This document shows, one piece after another, positions 51,103 to 64,000 of a stretch of DNA of 64,000 bases; the stretch's first letter is position 1, and every line of letters begins with the position of its first letter. The notes beneath the pieces are model-generated. The model saw only the letters and a list, made by a program, of their open reading frames with translations. It was not told the DNA's origin and did not search any database. This DNA is from Tubiluchus corallicola (taxonomy: Eukaryota; Animalia; Priapulida): the NCBI GenBank assembly GCA_030141605.1, contig JAQGDQ010000543.1, positions 1 through 64,000 of the forward strand, in the 5' to 3' direction. A program made the translations under genes and the position numbers.

Positions 51103-51321
51103 GTATAGTACAAGAGTAATTTGCAGTGTTGGCTCGTGTATAGGTACTATGGAACTGCAGCACCCCCTATCTTTACTCAATATTATCGATAATATTCAAT
51201 ATAATAAGTCTCTTTTTCTTTAGTTCTTTCTTTATACTTGTACAGAAGCAGAGCACATGAGGGTTGTACTGTCTGCTTCACAGCCCAGCACATTGTGCAC
51301 ATGCAGCCATGCATACGTGTC

Positions 51322-51512
51322 CGAACCCAGGTAGAGAAAGTACTGTCGCTCACACAGTTTGTTGTCAGTTGAACCCAGGTAGAGAAAGTACTGTCACTCA
51401 CACAGTTTGTTGTCAGTTGAACCCAAGTAGAGAAAGTACTGTTGCTCACACAGTTTATTGTCAGTTGAGCCCAGGTAGAGAAAGTAATGTCGCTCACACA
51501 GTTTGCTGTCAA
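51322..51512 (+). repeat. 48-bp repeat x4 inside an interspersed element (related to 57015-57810 and 16700-16870)
   Basis: GAACCCAGGTAGAGAAAGTACTGTCGCTCACACAGTTTGTTGTCAGTT. Confidence 0.85.
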
Positions 51513-52056
51513 TTGTCACGTGCTTAAAAACAGCGTATCGGCATGTTCTTGAAATGCGGCAATTTACGCTATTCTTAAACGAGAATTATGAAATTTGAAA
51601 AGGAACTAAATACTTTTTGCTTTTTGTGTATCCCAAAAAGGTCATTACGTAAAAAGGGACAAAATTATCAAACATGGGACACGTCCCTTATATTAGGGAC
51701 GCCTGACAACCCAAACAAAAGAGGTTTTCGGCAGTGATAAACCGCAGGTCTTTGTTTGTTGTGTTATTTAAATTTGAGGCTTGAACGTTTTTTTATATTT
51801 GTATTCATTTTGTATTTTCGACCCCGGTTACTCGACACAGTCTGTCTAACGTAACAAATCATTTGATAATTGAATTTTATTCACTGGTATGCATTTGTGA
51901 CTTTGCTGTGATGCATATAAGTCATAAGTCATTTATTTCACATTACACATTTACAATAGTTTCATGTACATTATTTAGTGAAATATTATATGAACGTAAT
52001 ACAAATAAGAAATACTGCACAGGAAAAGCCTCACACAATGTAGCAGCGTAGTCATG

Positions 52057-52272
52057 AAGAGAGAGAGAGAGAGAGAGAGAGATGGACAGAAAGAAAGAGA
52101 GAGAGGGAGAGCGAGAAAGACAGAGATAGAGGAGAGAGAGACAGAGGGAGAGAGATGAGAGAGAGAGAGAGAGCGAGAGAGAAAGAGATAGGAAGGGGGA
52201 GAAAGAGAGAGAGAGAGAGAAAGAGAGAGAGGGGGGAGGGAGAAAGAGAGAGAAAGAGATAGAGAGAGAGAA
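52057..52272 (+). repeat. (GA)n-rich microsatellite
   Basis: Direct inspection. Confidence 0.93.
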
Positions 52273-52307
52273 AGCACAATCGAATGCATGTAAGAGAGAG
52301 ATGCATA

Positions 52308-52880
52308 AGTCATAAGCCATTTATTTCACATTACACATTTACAATAGCTTCATGTACAATATCTAGTGAAAGGGCCTACAATGAACATAAGACAAATAAG
52401 TTTTTATTGTTTGTGCACAGGAAAAGCCTCAAACACTGTTCACCTATATACAAATGTAAATGTGTTGCGGGCCAATCAAAAAGCAGGGTTTGTTAGATTG
52501 TCCCACACAGTGAAAGAAAAAAAAGTAATGAAAATAATCTGAAAATTATGAAGTGAATCGTGTGATAAAGAAAATATTTAGAGCTTCAGAATGGAATGAT
52601 GTGATGAATGAAGCTCATATATGAGATGATATAAAAGATAGAAAGACTATTATATGTTAATAGTATGTAAAATTAAGATAACTTGATTAAGTTAACACCA
52701 CCGTTTTGCAACTACTGTGAGGATAGATACTGAAAGAAATTTTGATTACTCACTGATACTTACTTAAAATTTGATTTTTTAGCATTTTTTTAATCTAGTA
52801 ATAGATCTGCTATTTTTTGCAGATTGACAAATCTCATTCCAGACTTTTGGTCCTTCAAATATTAAAAAAATATTTAGCTA
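52308..52880 (-). mobile_element. LINE 3' end, inverted copy of 11820-12403 (extra tail fragment at 51920-52050)
   Basis: AGTCATAAG.CATTTATTTCACATTACAC...GATTGACAAATCTCATTCCAGACTTTTGGTCC. Confidence 0.8.
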
Positions 52881-52962
52881 CATTTACATATAGACATAAT
52901 TATTTACATACTTGTACACTTATGTTTGCTGCAACTAAATTAAAAAAACTCGTCTGTTTCAG

Positions 52963-53005
52963 GCTTTCAAAAAACGGGCTTTCATATGGCGGGTCCAATG
53001 GTGGG
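52963..53005 (+). CDS. OGFOD3: OGFOD3 exon
   Basis: ttcag|LSKNGLSYGGSNGG|gtaagt. Confidence 0.9.
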
Positions 53006-53133
53006 GTAAGTTGTGTTTTTGCGCCCCGCATGTGAATTTTGTAGCATACGTTCGTAGCACTAGTACTTAGTATCTTAACTGATGCACCAGTATGCAAATA
53101 TCATACAATTTTTGCATAGAGATATCAATTATA

Positions 53134-53776
53134 CGGTAAATCCTCGCTTTACGACGCTAATGCGACATTAAGCGAAACGTCGTTAAAACGAAGCCAAGAC
53201 TTGCGTAGAAAGTAACGTAAAAGAAATAAGATATGTTCCAGCAGCGATATCTTGCTAAATTAAATGTTTAGCGAGTTTTAATTTTTTAGTTTCTGTTTAG
53301 CTGAAACTACCTACCTTTCTTACCATTATCTAGCTAGATAATGTTGATAAAAACGTTGTTGATAATGTTGATAAAAATGTTGTTGATAATGTTGATAAAA
53401 CTGTTGTTGATAATGTTGATAAAACTGTTGTTGATAATGTTGATAAAAATGTTGTTGATAATGTTGATAAAAATGTTGTTGATAATGTTGATAAAAATGT
53501 TGTTGATAATGTTGATAAAAATGTTGATAATGTTGATAAAACTGTTGTTGATAATGTTGATAAAAATGTTGTTGATAATGTTGATAAAAATGTTGTTGAT
53601 AATGTTGATAAAAATGTTGTTGATAATGTTGATAAAAATGTTGTGGATAATGTCGTTAAGTGAAGCGTGTGTCATTAAAGTGAAACGTGTGTAATTAAGT
53701 GAGAAATGCGTCAGAAGTTCAGCGTCGCTAAAATGAAGCGTCACAAAACGGAAAGTCGTTAAACGAGAACTTACTG
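53134..53776. mobile_element. Tigger/pogo-like MITE containing a 24-bp minisatellite (53337-53650)
   Basis: TA|CGGTAAATCCTCGCTTTACGAC...GTCGTTAAACGAGAACTTACTG|TA; internal (TGTTGATAATGTTGATAAAAATGT)n. Confidence 0.75.
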
Positions 53777-53799
53777 TACTGTAATTTTTTTCTTTCCAG

Positions 53800-53864
53800 G
53801 CGTCTATCCTGGATTTGCATTCCGGAGCTCTCTCGATGGGAGACACTTTTATAAACATTTACAG
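53800..53864 (+). CDS. OGFOD3: OGFOD3 exon
   Basis: ASILDLHSGALSMGDTFINIY|gtaacg; hallmark OGFOD3 motif. Confidence 0.95.
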
Positions 53865-54229
53865 GTAACGTAGTCACCGTGTTACTATATTATTAATATG
53901 TGATAATGTAACAATGAGAAATCGGGTCTTCAGCTGTTGGCCTTTATAAAAATGCATTGTGTTATTATTATTATTATGCGCTCGGGTTATTTTGGGGTTA
54001 CATTCGCCCTGCAAAAGTTGGTCAAAAATATGCCCCGTGTCACTATCTGTGCGGCTGCTGGTGCTGCAGCAGTACCTTATGCCAACGCAATTGTTGCTTA
54101 GTTTTTTAATGATTAAGGTGATACTTGACGACATTTCCAGTTTGAGCCATTAAAACATTTGTAAAATTAGAACATCATAATTTTAGTGATTGGAAAGAAG
54201 TATTAATGCAGGTTCCTTTGATTATAGCT

Positions 54230-54655
54230 GTATAGATAGGTAGAAAGGTAGGTAGGCAGGCAGACAGGTAGGTAGGTAATTAGACAGATAGTAGATAGAT
54301 AGATGGATAGATAGGTAGATAGATGGATAGATATGTAGGTAGGTAGGTGGACAGGTAGCAGGTAGGTAGGTAGGTAAGTAGGTAGGCAGGTAGGTAGGTA
54401 GGTAGATAGATAGATAGGTAAATAGGTAGGTAGGTAAGTAGGTAGGTAGGTAGGTAGGTAGGTAAGTAGGTAGGCAGGTGGTAGGTAGGTAAGTAGGTAA
54501 GTAAGTAGGTAGGTAGGTAGGTAGATAGATAGGTAGGTAGGTAAGTAGGTAGGCAGGTAGGTAAGTAGGTAGGCAGGTAGGTAAGCAGGTAGGTAAGTAG
54601 GTAGGTACGTAGGTAGGTAGATAGGTAAGTAGGTAGGTAGGTAGTTAGGTAGTCA
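54230..54655 (+). repeat. (TAGG)n/(TAGA)n tetranucleotide repeat
   Basis: Direct inspection. Confidence 0.93.
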
Positions 54656-54963
54656 AATAGATAAGCAAAAGGTTTATTTTTATACAAAAATTGCAGTTGA
54701 AAAAGTGAATAAGATGCATTTACAATAAAAAGACAATTAAGACACATTAACTGTAAGCAATGAAATGATAAATTAAATGTACGAATATTATACAGAGTGC
54801 AATACTAACACAACCTACTGGTAAATATGCTATAAACAGATAAAATATCATAAAAAAAATCATATCAAACTAACAAATAAAACTAGATGAATTGTCGTTG
54901 ATGTAAATTGATAAGATTGATGTAAATTGCTCATATTCTTATCTCTCTGATGACACTTTTCAG

Positions 54964-55023
54964 CCTTTTGAAAAAGCGCAACATAGACGACGTGTTTACT
55001 CAAGATGAATTGTCTCTGTACAG
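54964..55023 (+). CDS. OGFOD3: OGFOD3 exon
   Basis: ttttcag|LLKKRNIDDVFTQDELSLY|gtaggt; phase 2/2. Confidence 0.82.
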
Positions 55024-55226
55024 GTAGGTGTCGGAACAAGTGTTGCTTCACTCTTACGCGACTTTGAAAGGAAGGAAGTTTTTCTTCTTGAATGTAGCAG
55101 TAAGCTGTTATTGTCAGTTTGGGTTCTGTTTACTAATTCCAGCGCTAGTGGCAGCGGCGGCGGCGGCGGTGGCACCACTGGCCAGCAGCAGTGGAGGTAT
55201 TACTGAAGGCCGCATAAGTAGAAGTA

Positions 55227-56006
55227 CAGTAGACGCCGTTTAATAGACTTACTTTGGCATGGAAGTGTTTTGACCCAATTAACTCGAGTGAATGTATTAG
55301 CTGGCGGATTTAGTTACTGTAAACACCACGTAATTCAAAATTTCGCCAAACTCAAATAAAAAATTATGGACTATATAATCGAAACTCGTGTAAATTTGCT
55401 TCGTCTGACTGAAAGAATTTCAGCGGAACGGATGAAATCCTTCATTTTTCTCACAAAAAACATTGCATAGATTCTATATCATATGACGTCATGAAACTAA
55501 CACGGCAGTTCATGATCATGGTTATCACGGAACCGCCTTCTATTTGTCGGCCACACGCATGTGACAAAAGGGCGCCGTAGATACTTAGTAGATTCACTGA
55601 GCCGCGCGTCGCTTTGAAAGTTTAACGAAATCCGAGGTGTAATTATTATTTAATCTAAACTTTGATTTAAAAAAAGCTATTGTAGTTTTCAGTATTTTAG
55701 AGGATTTTTTAATCTGAACTTGTGTTTACACAATCGTCCGGTTTTCCTTTAACATGACTGTTTCTACATGTGTTACAGAGCATGAACATGAAGAAAAGAT
55801 GATATTAAATAGGTACAAGCTGCTCCATCACACAAAAGCGTCTTATTTTATGCATGTGAAAGTAAATATATTGAGTCGATTATGCGGAGTTATTTGAGTC
55901 AGTTCTGCATGGTACATTTGAATAGGAGCGGCCCGTACCAGATGTTTTTGAGTCAATTAAGGCGACTGATGCTATTAACATTGAGTCTAATAAACGGCGC
56001 CTACTG
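55227..56006. mobile_element. Tc1/pogo-like MITE
   Basis: TA|CAGTAGACGCCGTTTAATAGACT...AGTCTAATAAACGGCGCCTACTG|TA. Confidence 0.82.
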
Positions 56007-56648
56007 TACTACCGTTAGTTAGTGGAAAGTAAGAGAAAAACCTCCAAAAAGGGCCGTTTTTTGCAAAACTTATACCTCTTATTTCTGGAGAACGGGAACG
56101 GGCCATGGGTGGTGCTGGCTATGGATAGATAGCCCGTGCAGCGGTGGGTGTAGTAGGCATATTTAGAATTCGCGAGAGGGCCACGGCTTCCCGTAACGGA
56201 TGTTTTCCCGGACCCAACTTGCGATTTTTTCAAAATTTTGACCAAACAGCACGCGGAAAAAACGTTCTAGCGGCGCCTGGTGTGACTCTTGAGAGGAGAT
56301 GTATAGCTCTTTAGAAAGAGGAAGAACAGGGCTACACGATGATGTGGGCTATATTTTAGGGCAGGTCCACCAAGAGGAGTACTGACGAGTTAAATAGATG
56401 TTCTATTTTTTGCAATTTTTGCTTGGAAAACTGCTGACGCAAAGCCATTGTTGTGACGTCATCCATTACACTCTGTCTATAACCTTATAACTTTAATTCA
56501 GTAAAAGCTGCTGCTCACTTTGCGTTATAAATGAGGACAATGTAAGATGTTCGTGCATTATTGATTATAAGTGTATTTATGCGCAAAATTTTTTGCGGGG
56601 CCTTTGCTAGTTATGCATTAATTGCATTAATATGGCATTTCTGTTTAG

Positions 56649-56802
56649 ACAAGTGAAAGGACGCATACAGCAAGCAATTGCTACAGAATTCTCCATCCTA
56701 CAAGAGAACCTCTATCTCACAAAGCCGACATTTTTCTCTCGAATGACCAACGTATCGGCCAAAACGATACATGATGAATACTGGCATTTACATATTGACA
56801 AG
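56649..56802 (+). CDS. OGFOD3: OGFOD3 exon (HxD iron-binding motif)
   Basis: QVKGRIQQAIATEF...LYLTKPTFFSRMTNVSAKTIHDEYWHLHIDK|gtgagg. Confidence 0.96.
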
Positions 56803-57014
56803 GTGAGGCCCGTCTTGAGTCTGTGTGGGTGTCACTTATGCAATGGCGGCTCGTAGTTAAAATTACTGGGGGTGCTGTAATTTTAAACAAACAGAAAGAT
56901 GAAAGTTTATACATAAACTTGATAAATTCTAAGTGAAAAAAATATTGTTTGCTTACTGATAGCCTAAGTTGTCGCAGTTCAAGAATATGCTGGTACACGG
57001 CTTTTAAGCACGTG

Positions 57015-57810
57015 ACAACTGACAGCACACTGTGTGAGTGGCAGTACTTTATCTACCTAGCAGCAGATGCTAGCGTACATTGTATTATCTCAGACACGTA
57101 GCTTGAGCTGTGAACGCACTGTGCTGGGCTGTGAAGGAAACAGTTCTACCCTCATGACAACACACTGTGTGAGTGGCAGTACTTTCTCTACCTAGCAGCA
57201 GACGCTAGTAGTACAGCGTACATTGTATTATCTCAGACACGTAGCTTGAGCTGTGAACACACTGTGCTGGGCTGTGAAGGAAACAGCACACTGTGTGAGT
57301 GACAGTACTTTCTCTACCTAGCAGCAGACGCTAGTAGTACACCGTACATTGTATTATCTCAGACACGTAGCTTAAGCTGTGAACACACTGTGCTAGGCTG
57401 TGAAGGAAACAGCAAACTGTGTGAGTGGCAGTACTTATCTACCTAGCAGCAGACGCTAGTAGTACACCGTACATTGTATTATCTCAGACACGTAGCTTAA
57501 GCTGTGAACACACTGTGCTGGGCTGTGAAGGAAACAGTACTACCCTCATGACAGCACACTGTGTGAGAGGCAGTACTTTCTCTACCTAGCAGCAGACGCT
57601 AGTAGTACAGCGTACATTGTATTATCTCAGACACGTAGCTTAAGCTGTGAACACACTGTGCTGGGCTGTGAAGGAAACAGCACACTGTGTGAGTGGCAGT
57701 ACTTTATCTACCTAGCAGCAGATGCTAGTAGTACAGCGTACATTGTATTATCTCAGACGGTGAACACACTGTGCTGGGCTGTGAAGGAAACAGTACTACC
57801 CTCATGTGCT
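57015..57810 (+). repeat. ~130-150-bp tandem repeat x6 within an interspersed element
   Basis: CACACTGTGTGAGTGGCAGTACTTT.TCTACCTAGCAGCAGA...GGCTGTGAAGGAAACAG. Confidence 0.88.
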
Positions 57811-58620
57811 ATGGGCTTGATGGACAATCATATATGCTGCTTCAGAAAATTTTTAGCCATTGTTTTAATACTGTGTAAAATGAAACAAACATATGTAATT
57901 TTAATGTTGTAATTTGTAATTTTAAACAAACTGACGTACGAAAATTTATACGTAAATTTGATAAAATCCTAAATAAAAAATATTTCTTGCTTACTAATAG
58001 CCTAAATTGTAAACTATTTAGTCCCAAAGTTGGCTGTATGAAGATGTTTGATTGCTTGTCTTGTAAAGAAAACAGGATGATTTTTCATATACTACCCCGT
58101 TTTGAAGTCTGATAAAAAGTATACATTTTAATACAACTAATACTCCAAAAGCATTTCTTATAATTAAATAATAGATTAAAAACTTAATTAACCGCGAGTG
58201 AGCCCATCTATTGATGACATCACAAACTAACATAATTTTCAACAGTAAAAATACTCCACGAGCGTGTTGCATGTGTTTGTGAAAGCGAAAATTGAAGTAC
58301 AGTGCTACTGTAAGATAAAAATTCAGATGTCAAATTTACCGCTGTGCTCGCGCATTCATCACAAACTAACACATGTGAACTGAGAGGTACAGTACCTGTT
58401 TTTGTGCAATGTGTTTCCAAAATGCAGGTGCTAGTGCCTGTCTAACCAGGTGAAATGCGTGTTACAGCGAAGAACTAGTGGTAATAATTCTTTCATGCAA
58501 GTCATTTTTGAAAAAAACAGTATGTTTCGAAGTAGATTGGATTGAACACAGTTTAAGACTGAGTTCTACTTTTGCTTTAAGTTCTCTATTCTTTGAACAA
58601 AATCACTGGTTTTTATGCAG

Positions 58621-58744
58621 GACACGTACGAATCATTTTTCTACACGTCGCTGCTGTACCTAACCGACTACGGTAAAGATTTCACCGGCGGGCGGTTCGT
58701 ATTCGTGGACAAGGATGCAAATAGAACCGTAGAGCCAAGAGCGG
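58621..58744 (+). CDS. OGFOD3: OGFOD3 exon
   Basis: DTYESFFYTSLLYLTDYGKDFTGGRFVFVDKDANRTVEPRA|gtgagt. Confidence 0.96.
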
Positions 58745-60126
58745 GTGAGTTGATAAAATTCGTTTCCGTTGTTTTTATTGCACCAAGTAAGACTAAGACG
58801 AGGACGGCAAAGTTCCAGCATTTATTGCACAGCGTACAGGTACATGCAGTCATACCACAGCAATGCATCTGAGCTACACCGTCACGTGACATGTGGGTAA
58901 AGCAAAGCCGTCTGACACATTTCCTTTCATCAAGAATGTGCTTGTACTTCCATATTGTGGAATTATTTTTGTATTATTAATTGCACTAATTCTTTGCAGA
59001 TTTTTTCATATTATTTCATCATACTATGTAAGTAATTTTAATTTTGCAATGCAAGATACAATTGTAAACGGGTGCTAGTTCTTAAATACATTACTTTTGT
59101 AATGATACAACTGCAAAGAGAGGTTCAGTAAACCTTTTCACAATTTCGTTGTACTACAGCAACACATCTTAAGTACAACCATCACGTGATGTGTAAAGCA
59201 AAGCCATCTGCGACATTAGTTATTTTATATGGATTTTACTTAATTATGCATTGGAGTGTGTGTAGAGTGATTTACTAGCAGGATCTTGTGCCTTTGTATC
59301 ATTGATGCATTATTTATTCTTCATTTATGGCTTCGGTAGCCAAAACGATCGTCGCTCAATAACCATGGTGACTCCTAGAAGCTGGTTCTTTCGTATTTTG
59401 TGATAATAGCTCCCCTTTAGCTGCGCCACTGCATCTATACCCATCCATTGCTAAGCTCCATCAAGGACGTTCGATCATTCTTTTTTAGAAAATCCCTCTT
59501 TTTGGTAAATTTTTGTCAAACAGATTTTTGGCGTTAGAGAATTTCAAGAATGCTCTAAATGATACTAAGACGATGATGGTAAAGTTTCAGCATTTATTGC
59601 ACAGCGTACGGGTACATGCAGTCATGCACACCGCCACGTGACATGTGGGTAAAGCAAAGCCGTCTGACGCATCAGTTCAGTAACTTTAGTTATTTTACGT
59701 GGACAGTGTACAGGTACATGCAGTCATGCAGTAACTAAATTGAAAGACATAAGAGTTTTCAGCAGAGCTCTTCAGTATCTACTTCTGCAATTACATGAAA
59801 AATTTAGGTAAAAGTACAAAACTAAAATTGTGGCTGAAAGTAGCCATGTTTGTTACAGAATAAAATTAGCACCAGATTCGGTAACTAAAACATTATTATT
59901 AACGTTCCACCAGCACAGACGGGTCGGTTTACACGTGGATGATTCCACATTTATCTGTGGATGTGCAATACAAATTCCATCGGGCTTGAAAACTAAACAC
60001 ATCGGCGGGTTTGACAGCCAAGAAGGTAGCTGTGTGTGCTTTGTGATTGACGTGTGGCCGTCCATTTCATACCTGCCCGGATGGTATCATCTGTAAACCT
60101 TGGTTGTTTGTCTGTTAGTTCAACAA

Positions 60127-61105
60127 TGTGTATACATTTGAACGTGCCTCAGATATCCCTGGTGGTCCAGTGCCTCATCTTAGACGGTTATCCTTGATCT
60201 GTATGTGTGGGTTTATAAATTATTGTAGATATTTCAGTTGTTTAGCCTTGTGTATACATCAGAACATGCCTCAGATATCCCTGGTGGTTCAGTGCCTCAT
60301 CTTAGACGGTTATCCTTGATAAGCCTGTTTCTGTGTAGGCCCTGCCGGATCTGTATGCGCGGGTTTATAAATTTGTAAATGATATTTCAGTTGTTTAGCC
60401 TTGTGTATACATCAGAACGTGCCTCAGATATCCCTGGTGGTTCAGTGCCTCATCTTAGACGGTTATCCTTGATCTATATGTGGGTTTATAAATTATTGTA
60501 AATGATATTTCAGTTGTTTAGCCTTGTGTATACATCAAAACATGCCTCAGATATCCCTGGTGGTTCAGTACCTCATCTTAGACGGTTATCCTTGATCTGT
60601 ATGTGTGGGTTTATAAATTATTGTAAATGATATTTCAGTTGTTTAGCCTTGTGTATACATCAGAACGTGCCTCAGATATCCCTGGTGGTTCAGTGCCTCA
60701 TCTTAGACGGTTATCCTTGATCTATATGTGGGTTTATAAATTATTGTAAATGATATTTCAGTTGTTTAGCCTTGTGTATACATCAAAACATGCCTCAGAT
60801 ATCCCTGGTGGTTCAGTACCTCATCTTAGACGGTTATCCTTGATCTGTATGTGTGGGTTTATAAATTATTGTAAATGATATTTCAGTTGTTTAGCCTTGT
60901 GTATACATCAGAACGTGCCTCAGATATCCCTGGTGGTTCAGTGCCTCATCTTAGACGGTTATCCTTGATCTGTATGTGTGGGTTTATAAATTATTGTAAA
61001 TGATATTTCAGTTGTTTAGCCTTGTGTATACATCAGAACGTGCCTCAGATATCCCTGTTGGTTCAGTGCCTCATCTTAGACAGTTATCCTTGATAAGCCT
61101 GTTTC
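60127..61105 (+). repeat. ~122-bp tandem repeat x8
   Basis: TGTGTATACATCAGAACGTGCCTCAGATATCCCTGGTGGTTCAGTGCCTCATCTTAGACGGTTATCCTTGAT recurs. Confidence 0.92.
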
Positions 61106-61505
61106 TGCGGGTTTTAATCCTCAACACTTGATCGAGGATTCAGTTTTGTACTATGTACATTTCTGCACGGAACAACAGCGTGAAGATTACTGATATAGCT
61201 TGTGCTGCAAAGGTGCTTGGTGGCACAAAAGTTAAGCGATAATTAAACTGTTGTGTATTTTTTTCTTAGCCGTACTCATTTTTCTTTCCGGCTTCTCCTT
61301 GATAATGAGCAAGTCGCTAGGCACCACATTCTAGCAATTATATGCGTGGGCAGCATAAGCGGGCAATTAAGCTTTTCTAGTCATTCACACGTATTGAATC
61401 TCGATTTCATGTGATTTGATTGGCAACAAAAATCACCCAAAGCAAAATGGCTGCTTCCGCGAGCTACAATTGGAATTTGAAAATACATTTTTTACAATTG
61501 CAGTA

Positions 61506-61797
61506 CAGTGGACTCTCGTTATAAGAATCACCTCGGGAGAAGGCAAAGTGATTCTTATATCAAGCTGATTCTTATACGAGCGGATTTTCAATTGCTGATT
61601 CAATTCGGGAAACGCGATTTTGATTCTTATATCGAGCTGATTCTTATACGTGTGATTCTTGTAACGAGAGTCCACTGTATCGAGCTGATTCTTATACGAG
61701 CGGATTTTCAATTGCTGATTCAATTCGGGAAACGCGATTTTGATTCTTATATCGAGCTGATTCTTATACGTGTGATTCTTGTAACGAGAGTCCACTG
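61506..61797. mobile_element. Small Tigger/pogo-like MITE with a duplicated right half (120 bp), nested in a 34615-family element
   Basis: TA|CAGTGGACTCTCGTTATAAGAATCAC...GTGATTCTTGTAACGAGAGTCCACTG|TA, right TIR ending at both 61677 and 61797. Confidence 0.85.
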
Positions 61798-62078
61798 TAC
61801 TAGTTTCCATTCAGAAAAATGGGTACCGGGTTATAAAATTAGATTTTTAGTATTTTTTTGAGCATATTCTTGATAATTTGATGCTAGAATATAAAGTCCA
61901 ATACATTTTTTTACAAAAAAATTTACATTTGACCAAATTTTTGGTGCATTCTACTTTGAAGCATCGCAGCGTAGTTTTAACTGTGCCAACTTATGGACGA
62001 TTCTTTTGCAATCACACAAATAGTATATAAAAAGTGTATAGTTTCTAAACCAGCTTACACCGTTTTACGTATTTGCAG

Positions 62079-62221
62079 GTCGCGTCTCGTTTTTTACATC
62101 CGGTTTAGAAAATCCTCACTACGTTGAGAAAGTGAACAGCGGTACCAGGTACGCAATAACGATTTCATTTACCTGCGATAAGACGTACGCAATATCAGAT
62201 CCCGGTGAGCAAGAAGAATAG
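62079..62221 (+). CDS. OGFOD3: OGFOD3 last coding exon
   Basis: tgcag|RVSFFTSGLENPHYVEKVNSGTRYAITISFTCDKTYAISDPGEQEE*; distal His and 2OG-binding Arg present. Confidence 0.93.
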
Positions 62222-62670
62222 TCGAGTCTGCGATGACGTACGCCGTATCAGACCCCGGTCAGCGAGACGAGTAGTCGAGTCTGCGATAAGACGTACGCCG
62301 TATCAGACCCCGGTCAACGAGACGAGTAGTCGAGTCTGCGATGATAAGACGTACGCCGTATCAGACCCCGGTCAACGAGACGACTAGTCAAGTCTGCGAT
62401 GGTAAGACGTACGCCGTATCAGACCCTGGTCAACAAGACGACTAGTCAAGTCTGCGATGATAAGACGTACGCTGTATCAGACCCCGGTCAACAAGACGAG
62501 CCGTATCAAACCCCGGTCACTGAGACGAGTAGTCGAGTCTGCGATGACCCCGGTCACCGAGACGAGTAGTCAAGTCTACGATGATAAGACGTACGCCGTA
62601 TCAGACGCCGGTCAAGTCAAGTCTACGATCAGACCCCGGTCACCGAGACTAGTCAAGTCTGTGACGACAA
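62222..62670 (+). repeat. ~55-bp tandem repeat copying the last ~15 codons and stop of OGFOD3
   Basis: TGCGAT(GAT)AAGACGTACGCCGTATCAGACCCCGGTCAACGAGACGAGTAGTCGAGTC vs coding TGCGATAAGACGTACGCAATATCAGATCCCGGTGAGCAAGAAGAATAGTCGAGTC. Confidence 0.92.
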
Positions 62671-64000
62671 CAAGAACAGCGGTTTTTACAATCAGATTTT
62701 GTAAATAAAATTTTATCACTTTCAACTGTATCAACGATCATCATTATCATCGTTGTGCGGTACTGGAAGACTCCCTATATGTGCAACACGCTAATCAAAA
62801 CGTAAGAAGCGATTTCATCCGAGGTACAGTCAAACCTCTTTATCCCTACTTTAAAGCTGCAAAATGGCGACGTGCATGTCTATACAAATATAAATATTCG
62901 AGACAAAACAATTCGACGTTTAAACAACTAATTTTTATTTCTAAGATTTTGTACAAGGAATTTTTCTTCGTTTCGCTAGCAAGCTTTTTTTGTTTACATA
63001 CATTTGCTTTTGCGTCTTCATCATCAGTAATGAGGACGTCATTAAAACCAATAAAACTAGTCATCTGATGACATGTAAAAAGAAGTGTCACGGTAAAATT
63101 TGATTTCAATTTATCAAACACTTTTGCATTTAAATTAGATTTACAGAAAACGATTTTGTTCTGATACGTGACAAAAATTTGGTGATCTAACCACGAACAA
63201 TAGCTTCCTGTTGCCGCGGCAACTGAGTTAAAAGCTCGACACGCTTAATAGAAAGTTACAATAAATACCGGTAGAGCATTGCATATTAGGAATGTAGCAG
63301 AATCTCGATGACATGAAGTCATAATTAGACAAAACGAATTTTTTCCGTGCGTCCAAAAGTGTCATCGATGACGAACCGATTATGTGCGTTTGGATGAGAG
63401 GTTGTCACACATGGCCGTACGTCTAACTCTACCTCAAAAGCGATTCCAGGCACCACCTGTCAATGACAATAAACAAGCATTTGGGTTAGTTCGACACGTA
63501 CCGGTACCGCCACAAGGCCGCGATACCAACTGCGATACGTGCGTCTGCGCTAACGTTGAGAAGCGTGACCGAGCCAGTTGGCACGTTACGCAGACATTGT
63601 CAAGAACGTTCAATTGGTGAAACAATAGCAACAACAACGGTCGTGGCACTGCAAACAGGCCAAACAATAACATTGACCGGTGGCATTGCCTGGCAGCTTA
63701 TAGCGTACTGGCCATGTAAATGCACACACGGGTACAATTGTGGTGACAGCTTAGCCATGTAAGTGCGCACATAAACACAATGCTGATTATTAAAAAAATC
63801 TAAGACTACAAACTGGCTAACTGGTTACACGTACGTATTACTTGTATATACACAGCTGATGAAACACCATTGACAATAATCAGCAAACGATTAAATATCC
63901 ATGACAGCAACAATATTGTCACAAACAGAAAAGAACTGCATATTGATAGTATTCAACTTATTTACAAGTGTCCGCAACACGGACAGCGAAGCGTCCGCGT

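Noticed and set aside
53334-54747. NIINNIF, MLIKMLLI and TYLP repeat ORFs
   Set aside because: Derived from the 24-bp minisatellite and the (TAGG)n tract in OGFOD3 introns.
62780-64000. Short ORFs at the window end
   Set aside because: No recognisable domain or consistent exon structure; probably intergenic or TE-derived.

Overview
AT-rich, repeat-dense metazoan (invertebrate-like) genomic DNA with three spliced genes, reconstructed by hand from splice sites and exon phases. (1) The 3' part of MARF1/Limkain-b1 (+, 18 exons, 7086-34407; end of RRM1, RRM2, LOTUS/OST-HTH repeats, C-terminal RLAANF motif; the NYN nuclease exons lie upstream of the window). (2) Polycomb PRC1 E3 ligase RING1/RNF2/Sce (-, 4 exons, 46580-40207). 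(3) OGFOD3-type 2OG-Fe(II) oxygenase (+, 9 coding exons, 46955-62221), head-to-head with RING1, with only 374 bp between the start codons. Introns are filled with MITEs (hAT, piggyBac, Tc1/pogo-like), tRNA-derived SINEs, LINE 3' ends and many minisatellites. The most striking pattern is that several arrays are tandem amplifications of the genes' own exon edges (splice acceptors, a donor, the stop-codon region), creating ladders of decoy splice sites; others are amplified TE segments. The first 6.9 kb is a giant inverted repeat of two opposed 121-bp stem-loop satellite arrays. Repeat boundaries and copy numbers are approximate hand counts; no database searches were run.
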